A stretch of DNA of 63,998 nucleotides, the filler included, from Ionaspis alba (Eukaryota): NCBI GenBank assembly GCA_964255285.1. It is 9 parts of 9 records of this genome, joined end to end, with 100 filler letters (N's around TTAATTAATTAA, not from the genome) between each part and the next. Parts side by side here need not be neighbours in the genome. Positions count along the whole stretch, not along the records: positions 35,974 to 43,038 come from CAXUUL010000858.1; positions 43,139 to 50,197 come from CAXUUL010000859.1; positions 50,298 to 57,354 come from CAXUUL010000860.1; 6 more parts are not named here. One strand, written 5' to 3'. The position numbers and the translations under genes were made by a program. Below are positions 41,928 through 54,195 of this stretch, piece by piece; the stretch's first letter is position 1; the number at the start of each line of letters is the position of its first letter. Under the pieces are notes generated by a model. The model had not been told where the DNA came from and did not search any database. It saw nothing but the letters and a program-made list of their open reading frames with translations.

Positions 41928-43138
41928 TTAGTTAGACCTTGGGGTTTAGCAGGCTCTTTGAAAGCAGGAACTATATTGCTTGCTCTTGGAGCTCTCGCTT
42001 CTCGAATGTCATTGATTCCATTAGTGGAGCACAGCCTTTATTTATCATTTGATCGTTCAGCATTAACCTTACATAATGTGATATGCTGACGACGATACTC
42101 GGAAGTTTGTGATCTCGTTTCCAAGCAAAATTGTGATGTTTATGAATCAATTCCGTATCAATTTTCTGTAATTCTGCCCGCCTGCACAAGATTGCTGCGA
42201 CACGTTTCGGCCTCGGAATAACTACGAATGATATTTTTCGGGTTATATATTCTCCGTTCGGACCACGCCCACTTCCTGGGCCGTGCTCGATCTTTTAAAT
42301 CTGCCATTTCCCTCGTCTTTCTATCTCAACGCTCTTGCGCCTACTATCACCAAGCTAGATGTAAAGACCGCTCGTTTTGTCCTAAAGATAAGCAATTCGG
42401 TGGCGGCGCCCTATCAAGCCGACTATCTTGAGCTCCCCAGACCTACACACTGGCACTGCCACTCTCTAGAAAATCTGACTTCGAGAGCGAACAAACTTTC
42501 TCTTTTATCAAAATATCATGTCACGGCAATTTTATTCTATTTTCAACGAAGTGTCCATTCACACGGCCAAGTATGACAGATACAGCCGGTATAATAAAAA
42601 TGTTTTATATCGCTGCTGTTTCTGCGGACTGCAAATCTGCATATTACATTAAAAAAAAACGATGCAGGCGACGGCGCACACGTCATGAACAATAGCGATA
42701 AAGATATAAGAGGCACATTAGGGCAGTCTCTTTTTTATTTATATCCATAAGATCTGTCGCACAGACTAAAGCCAGACGACCTGAACGAATACGTGCCAGC
42801 ACAGTGCCGTCAGCCACAACAGCATCAGATTCTCCTATACGGTCAAGCTCCATCATCGTCAATCAGCTCCGCCGAACCCAGTCCTCCCGCAGACGCAAGT
42901 GCCGCCCTATTATCGAGTCCGATTTCGACTCCAGCTCCGGCTCCGATAACGAAGATACCTCCCTCTTCCTTCCTCAATCCCGGTCCCACCAGCCCCAAAA
43001 GCGCCTCCAATACTCCTACCACAACACCTCCTCTCCCANNNNNNNNNNNNNNNNNNNNNNNNNNNNNNNNNNNNNNNNNNNNTTAATTAATTAANNNNNN
43101 NNNNNNNNNNNNNNNNNNNNNNNNNNNNNNNNNNNNNN

Positions 43139-44678
43139 TGCTACTTGCCTCTTCTTTAAAGTTGGGACTGTGGTCCCTCTTGCAACTACCGGTGCAAAGA
43201 TGTTGCCCTCCATGGCGACTCCGAGGGAGAGAGGTACGACATCGAGTAGAAGAAGATCAGCAGTATCAGCGGATGTAGCCTTTCCAGACAGTATACCGGC
43301 CTGGACGGCCGCACCGTAAGCAACAGCTTCATCAGGGTTGATACTCTTTTCGAGCTTCTTGCCATCAAAGAAGTCGCTGAGGAGCTTTTGTATCCGAGGA
43401 ATACGAGTGGACCCTCCAACCAAAACAATCTCATCGACCTTGCTTTTGTCCAAGTTGGCGTCCTTCAGTACTTGCTGGACTGGCTCAATGGTACCATTGA
43501 AAGCCTTAGCGTTGAGGTCTTCGAATCGGGCACGGGTAATCTGCGCATTGAAGTCCTCACCCTCGAAGAGAGAGTCGATTTCGATAGTGGTCTGAGTACC
43601 ATTTGAAAGTGTACGCTTGGCACGCTCGCAAGCTGTCCGTAGACGTCTGAGGGCACGAGGGTCATCTGTGATATCTTTTTTCGTCTTGCGCATGAACTCT
43701 TTCTTGAAATGTTCGAGAAGATTGGTGTCAAAATCTTGACCACCAAGATGCGTGTCACCAGCGGTAGCCTTGACGGTGAAAACGCCACCCTGAATATGTA
43801 GGAGAGACACATCGAATGTTCCTCCACCAAGATCGTAGATGAGAACATTCCGTTCCTTCTCAGACTTGCCAGATCCCAAACCATAGGCGATGGCGGCAGC
43901 AGTGGGTTCGTTGATGATACGGAGGACTTGGAGATCGGCGATAGCACCAGCGTCTTTAGTCGCTTGTCGCTGGTTGTCGTTGAAGTATGCTGGGACAGTG
44001 ATGACGGCCTTCTTGACTTTTTTTCCGAGCTTTACTTCGGCGACCTCTTTCATCTGCAAGTACTCCTTAGCCAAAGCCCAATCGTGTATTTCGGGGCTGA
44101 CGAACCTTCATCAAGACCATGGATGAGATCTCTTGGGGGGAGAAGGTCTTAGTCTCCTTCAAGTACTCGACCTGCACCATTGGGCTTCCGCCTTGGTCCA
44201 CAACCTTGAAGGGCCATGACTCGATATCCTTCTTGACCGTAGGGTCGTCGAATCTTCGTCCAATCAGACGTCTGGTCTTTTTGTCAGCCGCAGGGTTCAA
44301 CCCAATTGCACGTGCCACGGCAGCACAAGTTGCTCATACTTGATGTCAAATATCGTGTTGGTCGGGTTCATCGCAGCCTGATTCTTCGCCGCCTCGCCGA
44401 TCAATCGCTCTTCGTCGGTGAAGGATACGAAAGATGGAGTTGTGAAGCTTCCTTGCTCATTGGCAACTACGATAGGCATTAGCATTTACGCCCTCCTGCT
44501 TGGCAGTATGATCCGAGGTCACCGTACTGATCTCAACGTTGGTGCCCTCATAGTTGGCAACACAGGAGTAGGTGGTCCCTGATGGGCCATAATCAGTGGA
44601 ATTCCTGGTATCGCGAATCCATCGTGTGCCCATACCTAGATCGATACCGATCGCACCTTCATAGACTTCTTCTGCCAT
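43139..44678 (-). CDS. SSB1: Ribosome-associated Hsp70 (SSB type), four short introns, 3' truncated
   Basis: [64 protein letters not shown] and [11 protein letters not shown] are SSB-type signatures. Confidence 0.95.
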
Positions 44679-44797
44679 TATCGGCTGTAATTCAGTGTCT
44701 CGTTTCGAGAGAAGAGACTCAAGGATTTAGGGGAGTCGGAAAAAAGTGGGAAGGCGTGATAATTATTTCGTGGTAGTGAGCTTTAGGGCAAATCGAG

Positions 44798-44897
44798 NNN
44801 NNNNNNNNNNNNNNNNNNNNNNNNNNNNNNNNNNNNNNNNNNNNNNNNNNNNNNNNNNNNNNNNNNNNNNNNNNNNNNNNNNNNNNNNNNNNNNNNN
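44798..44897. other. Intra-scaffold gap of 100 N with no linker; also at 53745-53844 and 60411-60510
   Basis: Plain N runs lacking TTAATTAATTAA. Confidence 0.97.
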
Positions 44898-45210
44898 CAT
44901 GCTGATTTCGCGAAAGATGGGTATCTTGCTAGAATTGGCCAATCGACTATTTGACCCCAGTTCCATTCAAGGCCCTGGTGGTCTAAAGCTTTCACAGGAC
45001 CTCTACCGAAACCTTGCAATAGCATTGACCTATCGCAAAAAAATGACATAGCATTCTCCGTTTGTGCAGCTTCCTCCATACACTTTGAGTCGCCCATGAC
45101 AAGTACAAAGAACAAAAGACGTCCTGTCCGGGTAGATGTAGGCACGAAGTGCCAATTCGGATATCCCGCACCACATCGTTTGCACACATCGCCAACATCG
45201 ACAGTAAGAA

Positions 45211-47742
45211 TCATCGAAAGACATTCACAAACATAGTGACTCTCTCCAACTCGACATCCTGCCCAGTGCCAATCTTTGGTGCACCTCTAAGCGGTCCAGC
45301 AATCACTTCCACCTCAATGCGATTGACCCCTGGCATGACACGGAAATCGTATAGCGGGCGGCGGGGGTCGTTGTCTTCAGCTTTCATTGGAGTAGGGCTG
45401 AGGCGTTGGTTGTTCACGGTGACGAAAACCTTACTATGGCGGTGGTTGAGATTGGTAGCCAATGTTGGTATCACTTGCAAGCAGTAGTGAGTCTTGGGTA
45501 GATTGAATGTGACCGACTGTTGGCAGGCGCTATTGGACGGTGGGATGTCGAGGTGGAAGCGATTGTCAATTTTTAGAGCAGGGTGAGTTGCAACCGTGAG
45601 GTTCGAAAGGAGAGCATCAGATGCGCCTGAAACTGTTAGCTAAGCCGGGCAGAAAAGGTATCAAGAGTTCCATACTCTTTCCTGGTTGTCTCCAGCGAGT
45701 ATCGAGAGGATTAGTGGGCTGGTAGATTTGTGATGTATGTATGGCTTGAGGATGAGGGCTCCCACTGGGTAGACGTGGTGTGATGCTAGCTGGTGGAGGC
45801 ATGCTTGTGGCTGCAAGACTTGGGCTTTGAGTAGCTTCATTCGAAGTGCTACTACCTTTTCGGAGCATACCCGGCGCCAGAGCAGGGGATTTGGCAGGTT
45901 GAGTTTCTGACTTGACGCCGTTGGACGATCCTGGAGAGGCGGCAGACCCAGATCTCTGATCTTGAGTCGCGTTGTTGGTGGTAGGAACGTTTGCAGCGCC
46001 TGTACCAGAACCTGCATTCGCGACTGGAGTGCGCGAGTTAGGTCGTGAGGAGACACCATTCGTGACAGCGTCTAAGTGCCCGTTAGAACCGGATTTGACA
46101 AGATCTTGTTGACTCTTGAGAGCTTCGTGATCCACCAATGCTTCGCTGGACTTGTCGTTCGATTTTTGCCCGACTCGGAGAGTGATCTTGGGAGTATCAA
46201 CGGCTTTAGCAGCGCTTGTTCCAGGCATCCGAAGCTTGACTTTAGGCTGCGTGGGCTCGGTGACTACTTGCTTGGCTTCACTAATACGTCGATTGAAGTA
46301 CGCCTATTCGTGTATAAGCATCGTTAGAATGTAGATGAAGCTTTGTGACAAACCTCAAACTCTGATGCCAGCTCAAAAATCTCGCTGCCATCTTGGTTAT
46401 ACGTGCGTGCATTCTCCCAGATGTGTCTCATCTCCTCCTCAAATGCTGCCCAGCTTTTGAAAAATGAGACACCAGTCGGCTTATCTCTACCCTTGATACC
46501 GCGAACCTGTTTCTGAACGCTTTTCAGACACACAGGATGTTTGATTACCTGGTAGTAGTCTCGTAATTCTCGAGACGGCAAATTCAAGAACGGTCCAGAT
46601 ATCAGTTCACCTTCCTCATTCTGAAGTTGTATCATCTCGGTCACGATTTTCTCCTGCACTTGTTGGAATGTGTTGCCCTCAAAACTCTCGCCTGCGTCCA
46701 CAGCATCTTGAACTGCTGGAGTTGAACTAGCTCGGCGACGTAGTTCTTCCTTCTCTGCTGATGGCCCGTGCAACGTGACAATTCGACGAGGTATCGCTGC
46801 AACAGATGCTTCAGGATCTGTGTCTCCGTCTGCATCGACATCGGGTCCAATCTCCTCCTTCGTTCCATTCTCGCCCGGAATAGGCGTTGGGAAAGGAGTG
46901 TAGCCTGATCCATCCTTATATGCGGGGTTCGTTTTCACCATATAATTGCTAACCATCTTTCGAATCTTTTCCGCATCGCTGAATATCTCCGACGTCCTTT
47001 CGTTGAACGATTTTGCATTGCTGACGAGACGTTTGAAGTCGCTTTCAAGTGTGGTAAGGGTTGGATATTCGCGGCGATTCAGCTTTCCCTCGATGGTGTC
47101 TAAGGCGACAGGCAACGCAATCTCTTGGTAGTATTCAGGTATGGCTTTCTGGAAACGAAAAAGACAAATTAATAAATGCAGTGTACTTGAAGAGATACGA
47201 CATAGAGCTTACCCTGTCCGGTAGAGTCAAGAATTCTGTGGATATGAGATGATTTCTAGCCGCCGGTGTTAGACGCTTCTGTTCGGACACAATGCCCCAA
47301 TTATTACCTTTTGTCGCGGGCTTGCTTCATCTGTGAAATGAAGCTCAATCCCACTGCTGTCGTAGTCTCTGGAGTCTCCTTGTCGATAGGCTTGCATGAT
47401 GTCAGTGAGGCTCTCGAGCAAGATGGGTCTCAAAGTGATGTTGTGTGGGGTGTCAAGGCTCATGGTAGGATAGGGAGATAATGCGATGGAGTTGGTAGGC
47501 TGAACTTGGTGAGGGTGCAAGAGCTTTCGATGTGCTAGTAGCCGGAAAGCTCTCCCACAACCATTCCTCGACAACCTTGACAACCACACCTTATCCGCTC
47601 CAGCAACACCGGACTGGTGCCATGCACACCTGAACAATGATTGCGAACGAGTTGTACTTACTGGTAGCTTTCGCCTCTTCACATCTGGCCCATCGCTACC
47701 CACTGCAACTGCAGCTGTCGCCGCCTTTCTCTTTGCACTCAT
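45211..47742 (-). CDS. Tandem-bromodomain chromatin protein (Rsc4/polybromo-like), multi-exon
   Basis: Two bromodomains (PEYYQEIALPVALDTIE...VSNAKSFNERTSEIF and DYYQVIKHPVCL...WENARTYNQDGSEIF) plus C-terminal PGVNRIEVEVIAG. Confidence 0.85.
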
Positions 47743-48484
47743 CCCGCAACTCGAGTCGCGTCGACTGTCTTAGCTTGACACGACTACTGACGATGTTGTA
47801 CCTTCATTCAATACTCACTGAGAGCGTTTGCGCCTCGGGCAAGCTTGCTGGCAATGCTGAATGGAAACACGCGCCCGCTCGGTAAGGATCACTGGAACCC
47901 TTGCAGTCGAGAAATGTGGTGGAATATTTAGGTGTGATATGAAATGATTGCACGACCACGTCCACGATAGAGTTCGATGAAGTAGATGCCAGAACTAGAA
48001 GAACCAACGGGTATTGTGACTGACTGGCACAATATCTATTGATCAAATTTGGCACTCTTGTCACATATTGTCGAAGGCTCTCACGCTTTGAAGTCACCCG
48101 ATTCTGCTAACACGATCTGCCAAGCCGGCACAAAGAAGGGCCGTCGAAGCTCAAAATAAACAACTCTATTCCCTCGATTTTTTATCTCAAGAAACAACAT
48201 TGAAGCATTTGCCAGTCACGGAATCTGTCCTACTCGCATATAAGCTTGCTGACCCATAATCTCCGACTTTACCAAGCTTCACATAGCTCGTGTACATCGT
48301 CTGATCTCTTTCTCGACGTGATAGCCACAGCTTCTTCGCCAGCCGAGCCCTCTTGTCCACTTCCGTCTGATTCCTGGGCAAAAATCACACTCTACCTCTT
48401 CGTCTCTCTTGAAGAAACTCGGTTCAGCAATATCAGAAGCTTTTTTGAGCCTTGTCGATAACCCGCAGTTCCTGGCAGCGATAC

Positions 48485-48497
48485 TCGCGTGTCGCGT
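48485..48497 (+). promoter_or_regulatory. Two MCB-like elements (TCGCGT) upstream of CKS1
   Basis: tcgcgtgtcgcgt about 45 nt upstream of the ATG. Confidence 0.35.
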
Positions 48498-48538
48498 GCT
48501 TGATCGGGGTTGTGTCGCGAATAGCTTCTGGCTGAATT

Positions 48539-49069
48539 ATGGCTACGGCACTGGATCATGATCGAAGGAACAAGAAGCCCAGAATGCTTACCGAGCCTGA
48601 AAGGGAGAGACTGGACGAATTCGTGGACGCGATCCATTATTCCGCCAGGTAAAATGACCCGAAGAGCAGGCTGATTTTGGCCGCTGAAAGCCAAGTGCGG
48701 TGTGGTTGATGATCACGCGCCAGATATTCCGACGACCACTATGAGTATCGTCATGTCCAATTGCCGAAAGCGATGTTGAAGCAAATACCAAAAGATTACA
48801 TGGATCCTGCTAAAGGCACGCTGAAACTACTATGGGAGGAGGAATGGAGAGGCCTTGGGATAACACAGGTACGGAAACTGTCTAAAGACCTCAAGCAATC
48901 ATGCTCACAGTCGGTAATTCAGAGTCTGGGTTGGGAACACTACGAAGTACATGAGCCTGAGCCGCACATCTTACTTTTCAAGTACGTGACGGCTTCGGTT
49001 TAATGGTTTGACTTGGTTTGACACAACTATAGGCGACCGATCAATTACCAGCCTCCAACACAAACATAA
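48539..49069 (+). CDS. CKS1: Cyclin-dependent kinase regulatory subunit Cks1/Suc1, four exons
   Basis: [61 protein letters not shown]. Confidence 0.96.
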
Positions 49070-49373
49070 GCTACTCGAATTCCGCCTTATACTCAATTTT
49101 CTTCCGTGACGATATTCCAATACCGCCTACGATGGCATGCATAAATGACTCAATAGACTGTTCTCAACATCGGATACAGTGATGGAACCAGACCTGTTTC
49201 TATGTTAGAATAAGTTACACTAGCTGGTGATGGACTCGAATACATGTATTCTTCTCAGGAAAGTGGGTAAGCGAGCAAGCGACGGCGTATTCACTGCCTG
49301 GGATGGGCAAGTGGGACTCTTGATAGTTAACTGATCTGGCTACGGATTTCAGGCTGCAGATTAGAAGTTGCGT

Positions 49374-50197
49374 TCAAACAACATTCTTCTCCAGCCATTC
49401 TTCCCATTGCTCAGCCGTGAAGCTGCTCGAGATGCTGTTTTCCACGATGCCCTGTCCAATTCCGTCAGGCTGAGATCTGCCAGAGGGTAAGACGAGATAA
49501 AGCTTACATTGAACAGAACCGTCGGTGTGACATGAACCCCAGTCAATCGATTTGCCTGCAATCCTTGCGGTCAGAACTCCTGTGTCCGCCCCAATTCCTT
49601 CTCCAATCGACTCACCTTGACCATCAGCTTCACATCATCTGTCACTTGATTGCCAATATTCAAGCTTCCGTCCTTCGAAGGCTTATCTGGAATCTCCAAC
49701 AAGTCCATCATCTTTGCCTCCTCCAACCCTACCGTTCCCGCCAACTTCGCTAGGCGCTGGTACGTTTCATTTCGTGCCTCCTTCACTACGTTGACGTCGA
49801 AATACTCCTTCTGGTGCTCAAATAGCGTCGAGCTGAAATCGTAAAATTTCCCTGGTGCTAGTCGCAGTACAGCTGTTGCTGCCTCGTGCACGAGTGTCGA
49901 AGACGGGTGCCAAGGCTGGATCTGTTGCCGGAAGATGAAACGGACTTTGGAGTCATATTTCTGGCTGACAAGAGGGAAGACGGAGCTGTGGAGGGTTTTG
50001 AACATTTTAGCGGAGAACTTGTATACTTATCAGCATCTCGAAGCTTTGTTCGTGAAAGCATCTTTGAAAGATCGTACAGGACAAACATAATCAAGGTCTT
50101 CGATGATGGTCGTTAGCCTGTTGTCGCTTCCCGGTGGCTTTTAAGGGCGGGGTGTTCTACATAGCTCGAGAGTATGAACAGCCTTTGCTGAGCTGGC
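49374..50197 (-). CDS. DsbA/thioredoxin-fold protein (CPFS motif), 5' truncated, multi-exon
   Basis: Spliced product reads HTLELYLDYVCP|FSAKMF, RQQIQPWHPSS, GVHVTPTVLFN|GIVENSISSSFTAEQWEEWL; TGA at 49374-49376. Confidence 0.85.
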
Positions 50198-51247
50198 NNN
50201 NNNNNNNNNNNNNNNNNNNNNNNNNNNNNNNNNNNNNNNNNTTAATTAATTAANNNNNNNNNNNNNNNNNNNNNNNNNNNNNNNNNNNNNNNNNNNNGCA
50301 AGATCGTCCAGTAAACTGTGCGTGCATATCATCAGGCGCATATCATTCGCATACTCATAGATTTCATGTGATTGGATGATATAGACGCGCGCCAACCCAT
50401 GTGCGTCTCCGGTAGTGGCATCCACGCTACGCACAAAAGATACCTCATTCAACTCGAATAAGTCTCACCACGATTGACGAGCTCCTCGTTGCTTCTTCAT
50501 TACTATTCTGTGCGTCTTGTATGCACCAGTCCCGGGACTTGGCCTCTCGAAGCCGGACCAATCCAGAGAAATGAAGCAGTCTGACTGTATGAAAGCGACC
50601 TGTCGTTTTCGCACCTCTTGTTGCTTGCTGCCCAAGTCTCCTTGCAGCTTTCCGAGATCGGGCATAAGGATGAAAACCCGATCCACGTGGAAACGCCGGG
50701 ATTCCATGTTCACTGCCAGACCGTTTTCGTGTAGCCATGCAGCTTCATAGGGCTGGTGAACCCTTGTGTGTTTCGAGTTACTGCCCACCATGTATGTCTC
50801 AATATATACATTCCAGAGACTCGCTGCTACTGTGAAGAATCGGTGATCGGGAAGGGAGCTGTCACACCAGATCTTATTGTTGCTGCACGAGGACGAATGG
50901 ACGTACTGGATGTGCTTCTTGATTTCTTGTGTTACCTGAGGTTTCTGATCTAGCTAGAATTGTGTGAGCTATCCTGTTTACTCCTTCGTCCTAAGAAGAG
51001 CGCATGAGGAACAGATTGGAGTGAGACATCTAACAGATTCATTAGACAATACCAGCTAAGCAACTGCCATATGCTCATTATTATAGTACCGAAAGTAACA
51101 CAGCGCTTTACCACCACGCTATGCATCGAATCTGAAATTGAAATGAACCAACGAAATCAAATGACATAACCCGTTCAAAAGCCTCGACGCACAAGCAGGG
51201 GAAACCACCTAAACCAGGGCACTACGGAAATGACAGCCAAACCCGAC

Positions 51248-52261
51248 CTAAGTGCGTGTCCTCTTACTTGCATGCTGATCCAAGTCCCGCCTCTCAACAG
51301 ACGGCTTCCCGGCTCGCGCCATCACAAGGGCCTCCCAACGAGCAAGCACACCCTGAGGGCCACCAAGACAAGCTTGTTCAGCGGTGGGATGACTCTCGAC
51401 AAACTTCCTAAGGTTGGGCGGTAGTTCGAACTCGGCTGCCTCTGTGTTCGGCGTAGGCGGTCCTGTAGAGCTGTTGCTGGCGGTACTAAAGGATTGCAAC
51501 TCAGGAAGCTGGAGTGGTGTTTGTCGGTCGAATGGCCCCGGATCTTCGACCGTTAGTCGAACGAGGAGTTGGTGGAGACGTCCAAGGGTCCAGTTCAGCA
51601 GAGCACCGGGATCCAGCTCGGCGCTGTCTGCACTCTCTTGCATGCCTTGCAGCTCGGCAACGAATTCTGAAAGACCTTCGGCGAAATGTGATTTCTCTCC
51701 ATGAGTGGCAGCCAGCTTGTCTCGAAGCGCGAGTATGTACGCAATACTGTTGTTTACTAGCTCATTCTTGGCGATATCCCCGACATTAGTCTTGGACTTG
51801 ATGTTCTCATGTCCTGGCTGAGGCACCAGGCTTTTCAGTTCATCCAGGAGAAGCTTCGACTCATCCCGTCGTCGTTGCTCACTCTGCTTGTGGAGTGCCC
51901 GCGATTCTTGTTCTTTGGCACTCTGTGGCCGCCTCGGTGAGTTGCGCTCGTATGCTGTAACGCCGGTGATGTCGGCTTGCGCATGCATATTTGAGGAACG
52001 GCGGCTTCTTCGTCCATATGAGCGGTTATGGTTTTCTGCTGGTCCCATAGAGCTCGGGTTGTTGCAGTAGCTGCTTGGGGAACAGTTTGAAGAGGAAGGA
52101 AGGACATGGCTGGAACTGCTGCCAGTTCCCGTCCTGGTTTGTCTTGATCCCCCCGATGGGGTATCTGGTCTTTGGGCTGCGAGATTTTGCCTGGACGTTG
52201 AGAGCCGGTCGGAGAGCGAATGGTGTGGGGACTCTATATGGGAGTACTTGAGGCCAGCCAT
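51248..52261 (-). CDS. bHLH transcription factor; probably has further 5' exon(s), as the frame is open to an acceptor-like TAG near 52391
   Basis: Basic region HKQSEQRRR, helix 1 LDELKSLVP, helix 2 KNELVNNSIAYILALR. Confidence 0.8.
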   Translation of the reverse strand: MAGLKYSHIESPHHSLSDRLSTSRQNLAAQRPDTPSGGSRQTRTGTGSSSSHVLPSSSNCSPSSYCNNPSSMGPAENHNRSYGRRSRRSSNMHAQADITGVTAYERNSPRRPQSAKEQESRALHKQSEQRRRDESKLLLDELKSLVPQPGHENIKSKTNVGDIAKNELVNNSIAYILALRDKLAATHGEKSHFAEGLSEFVAELQGMQESADSAELDPGALLNWTLGRLHQLLVRLTVEDPGPFDRQTPLQLPELQSFSTASNSSTGPPTPNTEAAEFELPPNLRKFVESHPTAEQACLGGPQGVLARWEALVMARAGKPSVERRDLDQHASKRTRT

Positions 52262-53689
52262 TCCTGATGAGAGATCATAAGACCTGAGGGCGGTGTTTGC
52301 ATATGGCTCTCGTGGTCGAGGAGTCGGCCTCTCCTGTCCATGGTAACTTCCATGCGATCTGATGTCTCCGATTGGAAGATCCAGCAGATCTAAGCGTTGA
52401 AGTTGCCTTGAACATCAATCAGCTTCCATAATGCTCGGTAAGACTTTGAGGGATTAACCGACAGAGGTTCAACAGGGCGTCGCATGACTGAATGGCTGGA
52501 GTACAGAACTTTGACCAAGGAGCAAAAGTAGGCATATAAGAGCGGGAGCACAAAGATCGAATTAAACGTAGGATTAAGTGTGGAAGATCGACGCAATAGA
52601 AGCACAGACGCAAGAACGACTTCGACAACAGGAATCTATCGTACAGCGCAAGTTCTCCTGACACGAAGAGGCCATGGGGTGGCAGACATCTTCACCTTAT
52701 ACGCATTTTCGACAACACCCACCTCACGATGCAGGGTGCAATAACATTACGCCACCCTCCTGTCAACATGAGACATAGCAAAAAAACTGCTCTGTCCAAA
52801 TGCAGCCTCGTGCAGAAAACTTCCAGCCGCTACCAGTCCTTGCTCCCTCCCTCCCTCCAGCGCAAAGTGTGGCTGAAGAAAAAAAAGTCCCCGGCATCTC
52901 CCAGACAGCCAACCACGGCATCTGCACACGCATGACATCGATCAAGTGTCTCAGCTGTCCTCAGCAGCAGATGGCACTTCAGACAGTGATAGCGCGACCC
53001 TCGCTCCCATCCCCCCGCTTGTCGTGCCCTCTCCTTGCGTCGACTAGACCTCGGGAGCGTGCAGTGGCGCGTCCTGTACGACCCGGAAACCAAGACCCGT
53101 TGTGGAGGTGGCTGCATCAGCTAGGACGGCTAGCACCCGGTTTGCCTGTCTTCGAGGGGAGGGGAGAGAAGCTGTCAATGGTGGAGGTCATGCGTTGGAG
53201 GGCGAGATTTCGCCCTGGTATGGAGTGGATCGGCAGCAGGGTTTGGAGCATCGATCGTGCAATCCTTCCTGTTATGTGCCTTGGTTGATGCGTGGAATGG
53301 GAAGCGTGCTGTTGAGATTGATGGTATGTGTCACATTGCGAGAGTGAGGACAATGATGTGAGGAGGGTGAGGAGGGTTGAGGGTGTTGTCGAGCGCATAG
53401 CGCTTGAAAATGGGAGGGAAAGATAGAGCTAGCTGCGGCTAATGCGGAGGATCGGATGGAAGAGCATGGTGGCGGGGAAAAGGGCTTGTATGCGTGGGGA
53501 GGAAGAGCTGTCAAGATCACCGTGGTAGAAAACAGATTTTTGAGCCATCATTGTTCTGTCCATTCTGTTATTAAAAGAAGATGCTTCAAGCTCGATTGCA
53601 GCAGAAGCAGCAACAACAGCAAAGGGGCACAAATATAGACATGAAGGTTACCAACGAACCGCACAACATCAAGCCAAAGCATCAGAAGG

Positions 53690-53899
53690 AAAAAGCCCGC
53701 TGCAATTTTTCTTTCCGCACAAAGACCAAGCCCACTTTTGTCAANNNNNNNNNNNNNNNNNNNNNNNNNNNNNNNNNNNNNNNNNNNNNNNNNNNNNNNN
53801 NNNNNNNNNNNNNNNNNNNNNNNNNNNNNNNNNNNNNNNNNNNNAAAAAGCCCGCTGCAATTTTTCTTTCCGCACAAAGACCAAGCCCACTTTTGTCAA
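53690..53899 (+). repeat. 55-bp exact duplication flanking an N gap (assembly overlap artefact)
   Basis: 53690-53744 is identical to 53845-53899. Confidence 0.9.
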
Positions 53900-54195
53900 A
53901 CCTCGCTTCATACAAAGCCTAATCATTGCGTGCTATCAACCCCGAAGTCTTCTTCAGCCATTAGGATCGCAATTTGTAGTAGTAACAATCTGCCAATTTC
54001 CCTTTCCTTCCATCGAACCTCGCCCAGCTTTCTTCTACCACAATTAGAACAATGCAACCGCAGGCCATGGAATTCACTCAAATGACACAAGAAGAGCGCC
54101 AAAGTCTATGGGGGAAATTATGCAGGCCACAAGCAACGAAATCAGAGACACCCCCGTAAAACGACCCTTGCTGTCTCCTTCCACTCCTCCCCGCT

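Noticed and set aside
43139..44678. Intronic snoRNAs in SSB1 or in the ECM33 first intron
   Set aside because: SSB introns are only about 45-70 nt, and no convincing C/D or H/ACA box pairs were seen.
50298..50953. Short minus-strand ORFs downstream of the bHLH gene
   Set aside because: No motifs or consistent exon structure; they cannot be supported without homology or expression data.
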